32,000 nt of DNA from Aliivibrio fischeri ES114 (GCF_000011805.1 NC_006840.2), one strand, 5' to 3'. Shown: positions 10,086-20,752, counted from the stretch's first letter. Made by a program: numbers and translations. Notes: generated by a model not told the origin, from the sequence alone.

Positions 10086-10727
10086 ATGAAAGCATACCAG
10101 CGTGAGTTTATTGAATTTGCCCTTGAGAAAGAAGTACTAAAGTTTGGTGAGTTTACTTTAAAGTCTGGTCGTAAAAGCCCATATTTCTTTAACGCTGGCT
10201 TATTTAATACCGGTCGTGATTTAGCACGTTTAGGTCGCTTTTATGCAGCTGCATTGGCGGATTCTGGTATTGAATATGACGTATTATTTGGCCCTGCGTA
10301 CAAAGGCATTCCAATCGCAACAACGACTGCAGTAGCATTAGCTGATCACCACGATACAGATAAGCCATACTGTTTTAACCGTAAAGAAGCAAAAGATCAC
10401 GGTGAAGGTGGCAACCTAGTTGGTAGCGCACTTGAAGGCCGCATTATGCTAGTTGATGACGTGATCACAGCCGGTACAGCGATTCGTGAATCAATGGAAA
10501 TCATTCAAGCAAATGGCGCTGATTTAGCGGGTGTTCTTGTGGCTATTGACCGTCAAGAAAAAGGCAAAGGTGAGTTATCGGCGATTCAAGAAGTTGAACG
10601 TGACTTTAATTGCTCAATCATTTCGATTGTAAGTCTGACTGACTTAATCTCTTTCTTAGAAGAGAAAGGCGATAATGCTGAGCAACTAGAAGCCGTAAAA
10701 GCGTACCGTGCTGAGTTTGGTATCTAA
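10086..10727 (+). CDS. pyrE: Orotate phosphoribosyltransferase
   Basis: [41 protein letters not shown]..., PRPP motif [14 protein letters not shown]. Homology starts at ATG 10086, 213 aa; the track start 10050 lies upstream. Confidence 0.96.
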   Translation: MKAYQREFIEFALEKEVLKFGEFTLKSGRKSPYFFNAGLFNTGRDLARLGRFYAAALADSGIEYDVLFGPAYKGIPIATTTAVALADHHDTDKPYCFNRKEAKDHGEGGNLVGSALEGRIMLVDDVITAGTAIRESMEIIQANGADLAGVLVAIDRQEKGKGELSAIQEVERDFNCSIISIVSLTDLISFLEEKGDNAEQLEAVKAYRAEFGI

Positions 10728-10753
10728 TTGATGCTAAAACCCTTTAAGTAGGG

Positions 10754-11518
10754 TTAATAATGCTTTTTCAAAATAGAAGAGTAAGTGGTTGATGTCGTAT
10801 CAGCCACTTTTTTTTGCGCTTCATCTTCAACATTTGTTGTCTGTGTCATATCGACATTTAACCACTCTTTCATGTTCTTCCAGAGCGGTTTATCAAGCTC
10901 AGGGTAGCGAGCTAAGAAACAGTTCTTTTCTGAAAACATCTCTTGATATGCTTGATGCTCAGACATGGTACCTAAAAGCGGGTACTTCATATGCTGCAGC
11001 ACTTTATGAACAAACTCAGTACCTTGGTTGTTTTCTTTGCAGCGAGTAATAACAAAGGCTAACTCAACATTATTATGCTTAAACGCAGGGGAATTAATTA
11101 AGTCTTTAATGAAGCCAAGCATTGAGTGCACATCAATTGGTGATGGTTGGACAGGGAAGATGATCTTATCAACCATAGAAATATACTTCTCCATCTCAAA
11201 ACGACTAAAGTTAGAGGGAGAATCAATCACTGTGATTTTGGTGTCCGCTTCCAAGCGCAAAGCGAGAGAAAAGGGCACATTTGATGATGGTAAAAAACGA
11301 GTTGTTCTTACCCCTTCGGTTTTACTGCCCCAAAAGTGGCTTGTACCTTGAGGGTCAAGATCAATGATTTCCGTTTTTACTTTTTGATGAGCGTAGAAAG
11401 ACGCCATTGCTATTGCAAACGTGGATTTTCCTGCGCCACCTTTACGGTTGATGACAAGAACTTTTTTACATTGTGCTCGTTTATATCCAACTAACATGAT
11501 GAACTCATCTATAATCAT
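10754..11518 (-). CDS. Orphan ParA/MinD-family ATPase
   Basis: Deviant Walker A KVLVINRKGGAGKSTFAIAMASFYA, Walker A' EIIDLDPQGTSHFWG, ITVIDSPSN. Track start 11524 is TTG; ATG candidates are at 11518 and 11497. No ParB adjacent. Confidence 0.85.
   Translation of the reverse strand: MIIDEFIMLVGYKRAQCKKVLVINRKGGAGKSTFAIAMASFYAHQKVKTEIIDLDPQGTSHFWGSKTEGVRTTRFLPSSNVPFSLALRLEADTKITVIDSPSNFSRFEMEKYISMVDKIIFPVQPSPIDVHSMLGFIKDLINSPAFKHNNVELAFVITRCKENNQGTEFVHKVLQHMKYPLLGTMSEHQAYQEMFSEKNCFLARYPELDKPLWKNMKEWLNVDMTQTTNVEDEAQKKVADTTSTTYSSILKKHY
10783..10814 (+). terminator. Rho-independent terminator for pyrE, overlapping the 3' end of the parA-like gene
   Basis: AAGTGGTTGAT-GTCGT-ATCAGCCACTT (one G-U pair) followed by a T tract. 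Confidence 0.8.
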
Positions 11519-11702
11519 TGACAATATTATAACTAAGCAATCAATATGCCATGTAATTCAAGTTTGACACGGTAATCTGTCTTAAAGTTTGAACTCGTTA
11601 CATAAAAAGTAACAATTTCATCTCTCATTTTTTATGAAATACCGCTTCAATTGCTTCGAGTTACGAGTAAACTGAAATAAGACATATATTGAGGTTAAGC
11701 CC

Positions 11703-12422
11703 ATGCAAGAAAACCATAAGATTTTAGTAGTTGATGATGATGCTCGTCTTCGTTCTTTATTAGAGCGTTACTTGTCAGAACAAGGCTTTCAAGTGCGTAG
11801 CGTAGCTAACAGTGAACAAATGGACCGTTTATTGGCTCGTGAAACTTTCCACCTAATGGTATTGGACTTAATGTTGCCGGGTGAAGATGGCCTATCTATT
11901 TGCCGCCGCTTACGCAGTGCAAATAATATGTTGCCGATCCTAATGCTAACGGCAAAAGGCGATGAGATTGATCGCATTGTTGGTTTGGAAGTCGGTGCTG
12001 ATGATTACTTACCAAAACCATTTAACCCACGTGAATTACTAGCACGTATTCGTGCGGTATTACGTCGCCAAGTAATTGAAGCGCCTGGTGCTCCAAGTGC
12101 AGAAGATAAAATGATTGAGTTTGGTGAATTCCGCTTAAATCTAGGCACACGTGAAATGTTCCGTAATGAAGAACCAATGCCACTGACATCAGGGGAATTT
12201 GCCGTTCTAAAATCATTAGTGACGAACATGCGTGAACCAATGTCGCGCGATAAATTGATGAATATGGCTCGTGGCCGCGAATATTCAGCAATGGAACGTT
12301 CAATTGACGTTCAAATTTCTCGTCTTCGTCGTATGATTGAAGAAGATCCAAGTCGTCCACGCTATATTCAAACGGTGTGGGGATTAGGTTATGTATTTGT
12401 TCCTGATGGGGCAGAAGCGTAA
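11703..12422 (+). CDS. ompR: Two-component response regulator OmpR
   Basis: 239-aa receiver plus winged-helix protein: KILVVDDDARLRSLLERYLSEQGFQVRSVANSEQMDRLL..., DYLPKPFNPRELLARIRAVLRRQ, SIDVQISRLRRMIEEDPSRPRYIQTVWGLGYVFVPDG. Confidence 0.97.
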   Translation: MQENHKILVVDDDARLRSLLERYLSEQGFQVRSVANSEQMDRLLARETFHLMVLDLMLPGEDGLSICRRLRSANNMLPILMLTAKGDEIDRIVGLEVGADDYLPKPFNPRELLARIRAVLRRQVIEAPGAPSAEDKMIEFGEFRLNLGTREMFRNEEPMPLTSGEFAVLKSLVTNMREPMSRDKLMNMARGREYSAMERSIDVQISRLRRMIEEDPSRPRYIQTVWGLGYVFVPDGAEA

Positions 12423-12556
12423 GAGTAGGGACGAGAATTGAGTACGTTTCGCTTAAGGGGCGAGGAAGAGCGTTAAAAGCAGAGTTCAGATCGGTCGCAG
12501 GCTCCCTTGCAGGATTCAGGGGAGATCGTTGTGATATCTACGATCACAGTACAGCT

Positions 12557-12609
12557 CCTCCCCTTGTTCATTAATGTTACTTGGTAGTAATTGTTGATAT
12601 AAGGGGAGG
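12557..12609 (+). repeat. 35-loop hairpin element copy 3 (variant b stem)
   Basis: Stem CCTCCCCTT (12557-12565) / AAGGGGAGG (12601-12609), loop 35 nt, between ompR and envZ. Confidence 0.88.
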
Positions 12610-12683
12610 CTAGGAGGGGTTGTAAATGATGAAGTTCGGTTTAACCGAATAGCAAGAAACATTATAACCAACCCCCCCTCTAA

Positions 12684-12736
12684 CTCCCCCTTGTATTAAC
12701 TATGTCGATCTCATGGCTATTGCGATAAAGGGGGAG
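12684..12736 (-). repeat. 35-loop hairpin element copy 4 (variant a stem)
   Basis: Stem CTCCCCCTT (12684-12692) / AAGGGGGAG (12728-12736), loop 35 nt. The reverse complement matches copy 2. Confidence 0.88.
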
Positions 12737-12854
12737 AACCTTTCTTTGTCGCTGCTATAACAATATCCACCTCTGAATTCTGCTAGCGAAGCGATCTGAA
12801 CTCTGCTCTTTCAGAACCCTAGTCTTCAAATTCATCACCAAACAGAGAACCTCT

Positions 12855-14159
12855 ATGAAAAGCACCTTCGCCAGAACCCTTTTACTCCTCGCATCCCTTC
12901 TTATCGCCAGTCAAGTATTCTCCTATCTCGCGGTTTTTAATTACGCCTTATTACCTAGCTTGCAGCAGTTTAATCGCATTTTGGCTTATGAAGTACGCTT
13001 AATGTTGGCGGAAGATGTCACGCTAGAGAGTGGTAAAAATGTTCATTTAGGGCAGCCTCTACGACGCCAATTATTAGAGCAACTTGGTGTAAGTATTCAT
13101 GATGAAAACGATCCTGATATGAAAGAGTATTATCAGGCCAGTCCGGTTGAATTTTTAAGTGAAGAGATGACTCAGGAATTAGGGGCACCAACAGAGGTGC
13201 GTTTGATTCTAGGTGCAGACAGCTATGTATTGTGGATGAAGAGTGAAGCAATGCCTGAGTTTTATATGCGAATACCACTTTCAGAGCTGCAAGAAGATGA
13301 TTTTGCACCGCTCTTTAGAAACAGTTTATTTATCGCTCTACTCGTCATTCTTGGTGGTTGGACGTTTATTAAAATTCAGAATAGACCATTAATGGCACTG
13401 CAAACTGCCGCTCGTAAAGTAGGTAAAGGTGAAATACCCGATCCGTTACCTGAAAAAGGAGCATCAGAGATTCAAGCAGTGACTCGTGCATTTAACCAAA
13501 TGTCGAAGGGCATTCAGAAATTAGAGCAAGACCGAGCGTTATTAATGGCCGGGGTCAGTCATGATATTCGAACACCATTAACTCGGATTCGTTTAGCCAC
13601 AGAAATGATGTCTCCAGAAGACAGCTACCTTGCCGAAAGTATGATTAAAGACACGGAAGAGTGTAATGAGATCATCGGTCAATTCATGGACTATTTAAAG
13701 CCAGTCGCAAAGCAAGATTTTACTCAGGTGGATGTTAATACCATCGTTAATGAAGTGATATTAGCTGAGGGTGGTTATGAACGTGAAATTCAAACCAAAC
13801 TCGCCATGATCCCAAAAGCGATTAATGGTAATGCAGTAGCAATTAAGCGAGTGATCACTAATTTGGTCGTTAATGCGATTCGATATGGTGGTGATTGGAT
13901 CCAAGTCTCAACCAGTGTGTCTGCTGACCATAAAACCGTATGGATTATTATTGAAGATAATGGCCCTGGAGTTGATAACGCACAGCTAGAAACCGTTTTT
14001 GAACCTTTTACTCGAGGTGATACAGCTCGTGGTAGTGAAGGAACAGGGTTAGGATTAGCCATTGTTAAGCGTATTGTTACTCAGCATCAAGGTGAAGTGA
14101 GTTTATCGAACCGAAGTGAAGGTGGTTTGAAGGTTCAAGTTGAGTTTCCGTTGGGGTAA
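12855..14159 (+). CDS. envZ: Osmosensing histidine kinase EnvZ
   Basis: 434-aa with H-box [21 protein letters not shown]-box [11 protein letters not shown]-boxes EDNGPGV and [13 protein letters not shown]; downstream of ompR. Confidence 0.95.
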   Translation: MKSTFARTLLLLASLLIASQVFSYLAVFNYALLPSLQQFNRILAYEVRLMLAEDVTLESGKNVHLGQPLRRQLLEQLGVSIHDENDPDMKEYYQASPVEFLSEEMTQELGAPTEVRLILGADSYVLWMKSEAMPEFYMRIPLSELQEDDFAPLFRNSLFIALLVILGGWTFIKIQNRPLMALQTAARKVGKGEIPDPLPEKGASEIQAVTRAFNQMSKGIQKLEQDRALLMAGVSHDIRTPLTRIRLATEMMSPEDSYLAESMIKDTEECNEIIGQFMDYLKPVAKQDFTQVDVNTIVNEVILAEGGYEREIQTKLAMIPKAINGNAVAIKRVITNLVVNAIRYGGDWIQVSTSVSADHKTVWIIIEDNGPGVDNAQLETVFEPFTRGDTARGSEGTGLGLAIVKRIVTQHQGEVSLSNRSEGGLKVQVEFPLG

Positions 14160-14164
14160 GAGTA

Positions 14165-14312
14165 AAAAGCTAGGATTCAGGTCTCAGGTTTCAGGAAGAG
14201 CAAAAGCGAGTACACCTGAAACCTGCAAGCGTAGCGCCCTGAAACCTAAAAACTCACCACATCAACCATGTCCGCTCTTATAGTTTCTAGTCAGCGCAGC
14301 GTATCGTTCCTA
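14165..14312. repeat. Mosaic intergenic repeat tract 6 (downstream of envZ)
   Basis: CAGGTTTCAGGAAGAGCAAAAGCGAGTACACCTGAAACCTGCAAGCGTAGCGCCCTGAAACC; near copy of 18265-18330. Confidence 0.75.
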
Positions 14313-14322
14313 GTAAAAAATA

Positions 14323-14359
14323 AAAAAGACCGCAGATGATAATCACCTGCGGTCTTTTT
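14323..14359. terminator. Bidirectional Rho-independent terminator between envZ and xanP
   Basis: AAAAAGACCGCAGATGATAATCACCTGCGGTCTTTTT, A/T tracts on both sides, between convergent genes. Confidence 0.88.
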
Positions 14360-14405
14360 CGTTTTTACTCGTCCTTAGAGCGAAGAGAACTTGTTTCTAG
14401 TCCCT

Positions 14406-15797
14406 TTAAGCAATCACATCTTGTTTTGCTTCTTCTTTCACTTCTGCATACGGCAATACGATATTTAAGATAATCGCAGTTACACCACCAGCAGTTACAC
14501 CTGATGAGAAAATGTTTTTAATCATCTCAGGCATGAACTGAAGAATTTCAGGTTTTTGAGCTAAACCAAGACCCATGGAGAAAGACATAGCCATGATTAG
14601 GATCGCGCGACGATCTAGTTCAACACGAGAGATAATACGCACACCAGCAGCCGCAATCGTACCGAACATCACAATAGTCGCACCACCAAGCACAGGCTCA
14701 GGAATGATCTGCACCATGCTTGCTACCCCTGGGAATAAACCAAGAAGAACTAGCATACCTGCGATGAAATAACCCACATAACGGCTTGCTACACCCGTTA
14801 ATAGAATTACGCCATTGTTTTGGCTAAACGTTGAGTTAGGGAAGCTGTTAAATGCTGCAGCGATTGCCGAGTTAATACCATCAGCTAATACACCGCCTTT
14901 AATGCGCTTCATATAAACCGGTCCTTTCACTGGTTGGCCTGATACTTCTGATGTCGCAGTAATATCACCAATGGCTTCTAGTGCCGTGATTAAGAAGATA
15001 AGCACCAAAGGAATAAACAGAGACCAGTCAAAACCTAAGCCATATTGCATAGGAATAGGTAGGGCAATGAGAGCTGCATCATGAGACATCTCTGTATTAA
15101 GCATTCCCATCGCCCACGCCACTAGCGTACCTACCGTCATTGCGATAACGATAGACGCCATACGTAGGTAAGGGTTAGTTGCTCGGTTTAATACCACAAT
15201 AATTAGTAATACCGTGCCAGCAAGAGCGAGTTTATCAAGGCTACCAAATGTGCCTTCGCCCATAGCTGAATACCCGCCCCCCATAGACACTAAACCGACT
15301 TGAATAAGAGTAAGGCCAATTAGGGTAACAACAATGCCAGAGACTAATGGAGTAATGATTTTTTGAGCGTATTCAAGAACACGAGACAGGAAAATTTCAG
15401 CGGTTGAAGCAACAAGAATGGTACCGAAAATGGCTGCCATCATTGTAGGAACATCAGCACCACCGGCTTTTAGTGCAAGGCCAGCACCAATGATTGGGCC
15501 TAAGAAATTAAAACTGGTGCCTTGAACTGAAAGTAAGCCAGAACCGATAGGGCCAAAGGTTTTAATTTGAATAAAAGAAGAAATGCCCGAAGCAAATAAA
15601 GACATGCTGATGATGGTATTGGTTTCAGCCGCTGGAACACCAAGTGTCTGACAGATGATCAGAGAAGGCGTAATAATAGCAACAAACATTGCCAGTAAGT
15701 GCTGAAAAGCAGCAAATAAAGTGTGCGGTAGCGGTGGACGATCATCTAATTGGTAGATCAATTCAGATGGTTTTGTGGTGCTGTTTTTAACGGTCAT
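14406..15797 (-). CDS. xanP: Xanthine permease XanP (NCS2 family)
   Basis: 463-aa ORF strongly resembling E. coli XanP: [88 protein letters not shown]. Confidence 0.93.
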   Translation of the reverse strand: MTVKNSTTKPSELIYQLDDRPPLPHTLFAAFQHLLAMFVAIITPSLIICQTLGVPAAETNTIISMSLFASGISSFIQIKTFGPIGSGLLSVQGTSFNFLGPIIGAGLALKAGGADVPTMMAAIFGTILVASTAEIFLSRVLEYAQKIITPLVSGIVVTLIGLTLIQVGLVSMGGGYSAMGEGTFGSLDKLALAGTVLLIIVVLNRATNPYLRMASIVIAMTVGTLVAWAMGMLNTEMSHDAALIALPIPMQYGLGFDWSLFIPLVLIFLITALEAIGDITATSEVSGQPVKGPVYMKRIKGGVLADGINSAIAAAFNSFPNSTFSQNNGVILLTGVASRYVGYFIAGMLVLLGLFPGVASMVQIIPEPVLGGATIVMFGTIAAAGVRIISRVELDRRAILIMAMSFSMGLGLAQKPEILQFMPEMIKNIFSSGVTAGGVTAIILNIVLPYAEVKEEAKQDVIA

Positions 15798-15998
15798 GGC
15801 CGATATTCCTAGTTGTGTAACGTTGTCTTCAAATCTCGCTGAATGGGAGTTTGAAGTGAGAAGGCGTCAATCTGTGATTGCTGTTAATCAGAACCTTTCT
15901 CGATAGGGTTGCATTGTTAAGTTCAATACTTAATCAATTGGAGCGGTATTTTATAGATAATTTAATGAAAAGCAATCGTTTGCTTCGTTTTTTAAATG

Positions 15999-16160
15999 AA
16001 GGGACGAGAGACGAGGACGCTTCGCTCGAGAGGGAGGCAGGGCAAAGTCGAAGAGCGAGGATTCAGGTCGCTTCGCTTGCAGGCTTCAGGTGTACTTGCT
16101 TTTGATTTTCCTGAAACCTGAAACCTGAAACCTGAAACCTCGCCTTTGCTCTTATAGCTT
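15999..16160. repeat. Mosaic intergenic repeat tract 7 (between comF and xanP), with 7-nt microrepeat
   Basis: GACGAGAGACGAGGACGCTTCGCTCGAG, TTCAGGTCGCTTCGCTTGCAGGCTTCAGG, then CCTGAAA x4 + CCT at about 16110-16140. Confidence 0.8.
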
Positions 16161-16880
16161 CTAACTCCGCCCCGTCCTACAAACCGTATACACATCAATA
16201 CGCTCAACTCCCGCTTTCCTTAATTCCACACACAACAGATTAATCGTTGCACCTGTTGTCACCACATCATCAACAAGAGCAACGTGTTTTTCTTTGATTG
16301 GTTGAGTGATTTTAAATGCGCCGAGTAAATTGGTTTGTCTAAACGAGCGAGATAAACCTTGTTGAGGCCTTGTCGCTTTTACACGCTTCAATATCTTGTT
16401 ATTACAGTGAGTGGTGGACGACTTAAGGTTGAACTCCCTTTCTAATGTCCAACCTAAATGATCACTTTGATTGTAAGAACGCCACCAAAATCGTTTCCAA
16501 TGAAGAGGAACAGGAAGAATGAGAGGCGCTGGTTCAGGGATGTGCTTACTGAGTAATACGCCTAAATCTTGGGCTAGCCAGAACTGTTGAGCGTATTTAA
16601 GTTTATTAATGTATTCGCGTAATGGTTCAGAATAATCACTTACACAATATAAGCGGTCCCATTGTGGTGGGTTCAAAAGACACTCTCCGCAGACATCGGT
16701 CTCATGCTCGGTTTGCAAACCACATCGCTGACAGCGAGGCACTGTTTTGATTAAATCTAAGCAAGCTTGGCACCAAATGGTTTCAGATGGTGGCATTGCT
16801 TGTGAGCAAAAGTCACAATGACTTACGCCTAATTTTTGTATTGATCTTCTTATCCACCTGATGAACACTAAACCACCCAT
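16161..16880 (-). CDS. comF: ComF family protein (phosphoribosyltransferase-like, GntX/ComF)
   Basis: 239-aa with N-terminal Cys pairs (CDFC, CQAC, CQRCG, CGEC) and PRPP-binding motif HVALVDDVVTTGATI; divergent from bioH. Confidence 0.9.
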   Translation of the reverse strand: MGGLVFIRWIRRSIQKLGVSHCDFCSQAMPPSETIWCQACLDLIKTVPRCQRCGLQTEHETDVCGECLLNPPQWDRLYCVSDYSEPLREYINKLKYAQQFWLAQDLGVLLSKHIPEPAPLILPVPLHWKRFWWRSYNQSDHLGWTLEREFNLKSSTTHCNNKILKRVKATRPQQGLSRSFRQTNLLGAFKITQPIKEKHVALVDDVVTTGATINLLCVELRKAGVERIDVYTVCRTGRS

Positions 16881-16908
16881 ACTAATTAATCATTAACAGG
16901 CAGTGTAG

Positions 16909-17682
16909 ATGACAACACCTCTTTATTGGCAAACGGAAGGCGAAGGTTCCGATCTGGTTCTCATTCATGGATGGGGAATGAATGGAGCGGTGTGGCAGAC
17001 CACATCTGAAAAGCTTAGCCAGCATTATCGTGTGCATACTGTCGATTTATCTGGTTATGGTCACAGTGCAGAGTTAGGCTGTGCTGATTTTGATGAAATG
17101 GTAAAACAAGTTCTTGCTCAAGCACCTAAAAAGGCTGCATGGTTAGGTTGGTCATTAGGGGGATTGATTGCGACAAAAGCTGCGTTAACTTCTCCCGAGC
17201 GAGTATCACAACTCATTACCGTTGCGAGTTCACCACGGTTTTCAGCAGAGAAAGGCTGGCGAGGCATAAAACCTCTCGTATTATCACAATTTACTGAGCA
17301 GCTAAAAACCGATTTCACATTAACCGTTGAGCGCTTTATGGCACTACAAGCTATGGGTAGTCCTAATGCTAAGCAAGACATTAAGTTAGTAAAAAAGGCT
17401 GTATTTTCAAGGCCTATGCCTGATCAGCAAGCATTAGCTACAGGTTTAATGATTCTGGCCGATATAGATCTACGAGAAGCTGTATCTCAATTGTCGATGC
17501 CAGTATGTCGTATGTATGGACGACTGGATGGATTAGTGCCAATTAAAGTTGCTCATGATATGGATGAACTTATGCCGAATTCGGCTAAAATCGTTTTTGA
17601 GCAAGCATCACACGCACCTTTTATTTCGCATAATGACGAATTTATTTCTGAGCTACGCACTTTTTTAAATCAACACGCTTAG
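16909..17682 (+). CDS. bioH: Pimeloyl-[ACP] methyl ester carboxylesterase BioH
   Basis: 257-aa alpha/beta hydrolase, LVLIHGWGMNGAVW, nucleophile elbow LGWSLGG, catalytic H in QASHAPFISH. Confidence 0.93.
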   Translation: MTTPLYWQTEGEGSDLVLIHGWGMNGAVWQTTSEKLSQHYRVHTVDLSGYGHSAELGCADFDEMVKQVLAQAPKKAAWLGWSLGGLIATKAALTSPERVSQLITVASSPRFSAEKGWRGIKPLVLSQFTEQLKTDFTLTVERFMALQAMGSPNAKQDIKLVKKAVFSRPMPDQQALATGLMILADIDLREAVSQLSMPVCRMYGRLDGLVPIKVAHDMDELMPNSAKIVFEQASHAPFISHNDEFISELRTFLNQHA

Positions 17683-17708
17683 TTTTTATTTAGTTAAGGA
17701 AACGCTTT

Positions 17709-18188
17709 ATGATCTTTTCACCTAACAGTGTCAGTGTGCCGCTTATCGCACCTTCTGTTAATCTGCCAACAGAACAAGTAGCACGTGAAAATCGTGTTAA
17801 GAAGCCTGTTGCGCCGACGACAAAGATGAGCGAAACCACATCTGAAAAAGCAATCAAAGGTGATGATAAGCAACATAAGCGGGATGCTTGGGAGCCATCA
17901 GATCACCCTGGTTATGATGTGATGGAAGAGAAAGAGGAGCCTAAACCTCATTTCGCCACTCTGTATGATATCGATGACGATTTAGCTAAATTAGCTCGAT
18001 TGTTGTCGTTGGATACTTACGCTCAAGGTGAAGGAACGGGTTATACCATCCGTTTTAATTTGCCAAAGAATTTATTAGATAAACTTGAAGAGATGGGACG
18101 AATGGTTCGCCGTCGTAGTGTGATAAGTTTTCACTATGATAAGGCTGTGGTTCCGAATAATCCGTCGGATATATTGGCGGTGCTTTAA
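17709..18188 (+). CDS. Conserved hypothetical protein downstream of bioH
   Basis: 159-aa ORF immediately downstream of bioH; low-complexity polar N-terminus and an ordered-looking C-terminus (YDIDDDLAKLARLLSLDTYAQGEGTGYTIRFNLPKNLLDKLEEMGRMVRRRSVISFHYD). Confidence 0.75.
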   Translation: MIFSPNSVSVPLIAPSVNLPTEQVARENRVKKPVAPTTKMSETTSEKAIKGDDKQHKRDAWEPSDHPGYDVMEEKEEPKPHFATLYDIDDDLAKLARLLSLDTYAQGEGTGYTIRFNLPKNLLDKLEEMGRMVRRRSVISFHYDKAVVPNNPSDILAVL

Positions 18189-18194
18189 GGGGTT

Positions 18195-18382
18195 AAGAGC
18201 AGGGACGAGAGGTGAGTACGCTTCGCTCGAGGAGCGAGGGAGAGCGTAGGATTCAGGCCTCAGGTTTCAGGAAGATCAAAAGCGAGTACACCTGAAACCT
18301 GCAAGCATAGCGCCCTGAACCCTAAAACCTTTTTCTCTGCTCTTACTCGCCCCTAGAAGCGCAGCGTTCTCGTCACTCGAAA
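18195..18382. repeat. Mosaic intergenic repeat tract 8 (between bioH-downstream gene and tex)
   Basis: GAGCAGGGACGAGAGGTGAGTACGCTTCGCTCGAGGAGCGAGG..., CCTGAAACCTGCAAGCATAGCGCCCTGAACCC; near copy of tract 6. Confidence 0.8.
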
Positions 18383-18383
18383 C

Positions 18384-20699
18384 TTACTTCTTCGCCTTCG
18401 CAAAAGCAGCCGCAAACGCACCACCCATTGCACCACCGCCAACATCGTTATTACGTTGCTGTCTTGGCGCTTGAGAACGCTCATTGCGCTGTTGTGGTTT
18501 ATTTGATTGGCGTTGAGGGCGATTGTCTTCCCCTGGCTTATCGTTTAAACGCATAGAAAGAGCGATACGCTTACGTTGCACATCTACTTCCATAACCTTC
18601 ACTTTTACAATATCACCGGCTTTAACGACTTCTCTAGGGTCAGAAACAAACGTATCACTTAATGCAGAAATATGAACTAAGCCATCTTGGTGAACACCGA
18701 TATCAACGAATGCACCGAAGTTGGCTACGTTTGATACAACACCTTCTAATACCATGCCTAATTCAAGGTCAGATACCGTATTTACGCCATCAGCAAAGGT
18801 GGCTGTTTTAAACTCAGGACGAGGATCTCGACCCGGCTTATCTAGCTCTTTAATGATGTCAGTGACTGTTGGCAAACCAAAATCTGCACTGATGTAATCG
18901 TTAGCCGCAACCGAGCGTAAAAACTCAGTATTACCAATAATCGCATCAATAGCTTTGCCATTTTTCTCAGCAATGGTTTTTACTACTGGGTAAGCTTCAG
19001 GGTGAACCGCAGAGGCATCCAATGGGTTTTTACCGTTCATTACACGTAAGAAACCAGCACATTGTTCAAAGGCTTTAGGCCCTAAACGAGCGACTTTTTT
19101 CAGTGTCGTACGGTTTTCAAAGCGACCGTTTTCATCACGGTAATCCACAATGTTTTGTGCAATCGTTGCTGATAAACCTGCAACACGAGTTAATAGAGCA
19201 GGAGAGGCTGTATTTACGTCAACACCAACGGCGTTTACACAGTCTTCGATGACGGCATCTAATTTTTTCGCTAGTTGGCTTTGGCTTACATCGTGTTGAT
19301 ATTGACCAACACCAATGGCTTTAGGGTCGATTTTTACTAGCTCTGCCAGAGGATCTTGCAGACGACGAGCGATAGATACTGCACCACGGATGGATACATC
19401 TAAATCAGGGAACTCTTTCGCTGCTAATTCAGAAGCAGAATATACCGATGCACCCGCTTCACTTACGATGATTTTCGCCGTTGATAGGCCAGCATCTTTT
19501 AGTAGATTACCCACAAAGGCATCGGTCTCACGTGAAGCAGTACCGTTACCAATGGCGATTAAATCTACATTGTGTTGTTTGATTAATGCTTCGATAATCT
19601 GTGCTGATTTTGCAATTTGATTATGGGGTTGGTTAGGGTAAATCGTATCTGTTGCTAGTACTTTACCAGTAGCATCAACCACGGCGACTTTCGTACCTGT
19701 ACGTAGGCCTGGATCAAGTCCAAGTGTCGTTTTAAGACCTGCTGGAGCTGCCATTAATAGGTCTTTAAGGTTAGTAGCAAATACATCAATCGCTTCGTTT
19801 TCTGAGCGTTCTTTTAGACCACCCATTAATTCCGTTTCCATGTGCATTAAAATCTTAATACGCCATGTCCAGCTGATCACTTGTTTACGCCATAAATCAG
19901 CAGGTTGAGAACCTAGCGTAATGCCATAATGATTGGCGATGATGATTTCACAGTACGAGCCACGAGCACCTTCTTCTTGAGTTGGGTCAGCGTTAATAGA
20001 AAGCTGTAAGAAGCCTTCATTACGACCACGTAGCATAGCAAGAGCACGGTGAGAAGGGACTTTGGTTAATGCTTCATGGTGATCAAAGTAATCTTTGAAC
20101 TTTTCACCCGCTTGCTCTTGGCCGTCTACCATTTTAGATACAAGCTCAGCATTAGCCGTTAGATAAGTACGTACTTTTTCAAGTAAGTTTGCATCTTCTG
20201 CCATGCGTTCCATAAGAATGGCACGAGCACCGTCTAATACTGCCTTAGTATCTGCAAAGCCTTTTTCTTCATCAATGTAAGATTGAGCGGCATCTTCAGG
20301 TGTATTTTCAGGCTGTGTCCACAGTAAATCAGCTAATGGTTCAATACCTGCTTCAATGGCGATTTGGCCTTTAGTACGACGCTTACGTTTAAATGGTAGA
20401 TACAGGTCTTCAAGACGTGTTTTGCTGTCCGCATCTAAAATCTCACGCTCTAATTCAGGCGTCAGTTTGTCTTGTTCTTTAATCGATTTTAAGATCGACT
20501 GACGGCGGTCATCCAACTCACGTAAGTAAGTTAAACGAGTATCAAGCGTACGAAGTTGCGTATCGTCTAGGCCATCTGTTACCTCTTTACGGTAACGAGC
20601 AATAAATGGGATGGTGCTACCTTCGTCAATTAGTTGAACGGCAGCAGAAACTTGTTGAGGGCGAACGTTAAGTTCTTTAGCAATTATGTTTATTATCAT
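18384..20699 (-). CDS. tex: Tex family RNA-binding transcriptional accessory protein
   Basis: 771-aa, Tex N-terminus ([31 protein letters not shown]), YqgF-like core ([19 protein letters not shown]), C-terminal S1 domain ([31 protein letters not shown]). Confidence 0.97.
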   Translation of the reverse strand: MIINIIAKELNVRPQQVSAAVQLIDEGSTIPFIARYRKEVTDGLDDTQLRTLDTRLTYLRELDDRRQSILKSIKEQDKLTPELEREILDADSKTRLEDLYLPFKRKRRTKGQIAIEAGIEPLADLLWTQPENTPEDAAQSYIDEEKGFADTKAVLDGARAILMERMAEDANLLEKVRTYLTANAELVSKMVDGQEQAGEKFKDYFDHHEALTKVPSHRALAMLRGRNEGFLQLSINADPTQEEGARGSYCEIIIANHYGITLGSQPADLWRKQVISWTWRIKILMHMETELMGGLKERSENEAIDVFATNLKDLLMAAPAGLKTTLGLDPGLRTGTKVAVVDATGKVLATDTIYPNQPHNQIAKSAQIIEALIKQHNVDLIAIGNGTASRETDAFVGNLLKDAGLSTAKIIVSEAGASVYSASELAAKEFPDLDVSIRGAVSIARRLQDPLAELVKIDPKAIGVGQYQHDVSQSQLAKKLDAVIEDCVNAVGVDVNTASPALLTRVAGLSATIAQNIVDYRDENGRFENRTTLKKVARLGPKAFEQCAGFLRVMNGKNPLDASAVHPEAYPVVKTIAEKNGKAIDAIIGNTEFLRSVAANDYISADFGLPTVTDIIKELDKPGRDPRPEFKTATFADGVNTVSDLELGMVLEGVVSNVANFGAFVDIGVHQDGLVHISALSDTFVSDPREVVKAGDIVKVKVMEVDVQRKRIALSMRLNDKPGEDNRPQRQSNKPQQRNERSQAPRQQRNNDVGGGAMGGAFAAAFAKAKK

Positions 20700-20752
20700 T
20701 TTGATTCTTTTTATTTAATTTATTTAAAGCGTGTGATTGGGCTGTTTTAATT

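Larger units (their letters stand above)
12423..12850. repeat. Mosaic intergenic repeat tract 5 (between ompR and envZ)
   Basis: Two hairpin elements in opposite orientation plus GAGTTCAGATCGG...GGATTCAGGGG and the reverse module CCACCTCTGAATTCTGCTAGCGAAGCGATCTGAACTCTGCTC. Confidence 0.85.

Noticed and set aside
10754-11518. parA-like gene as evidence of a plasmid or phage partition system
   Set aside because: No parB, replication or phage genes nearby; surrounding genes are all core chromosomal.
13018-14062. Minus-strand ORFs (96 aa, 90 aa) inside envZ
   Set aside because: Antisense to envZ, which has full kinase motifs; explained as chance open frames.
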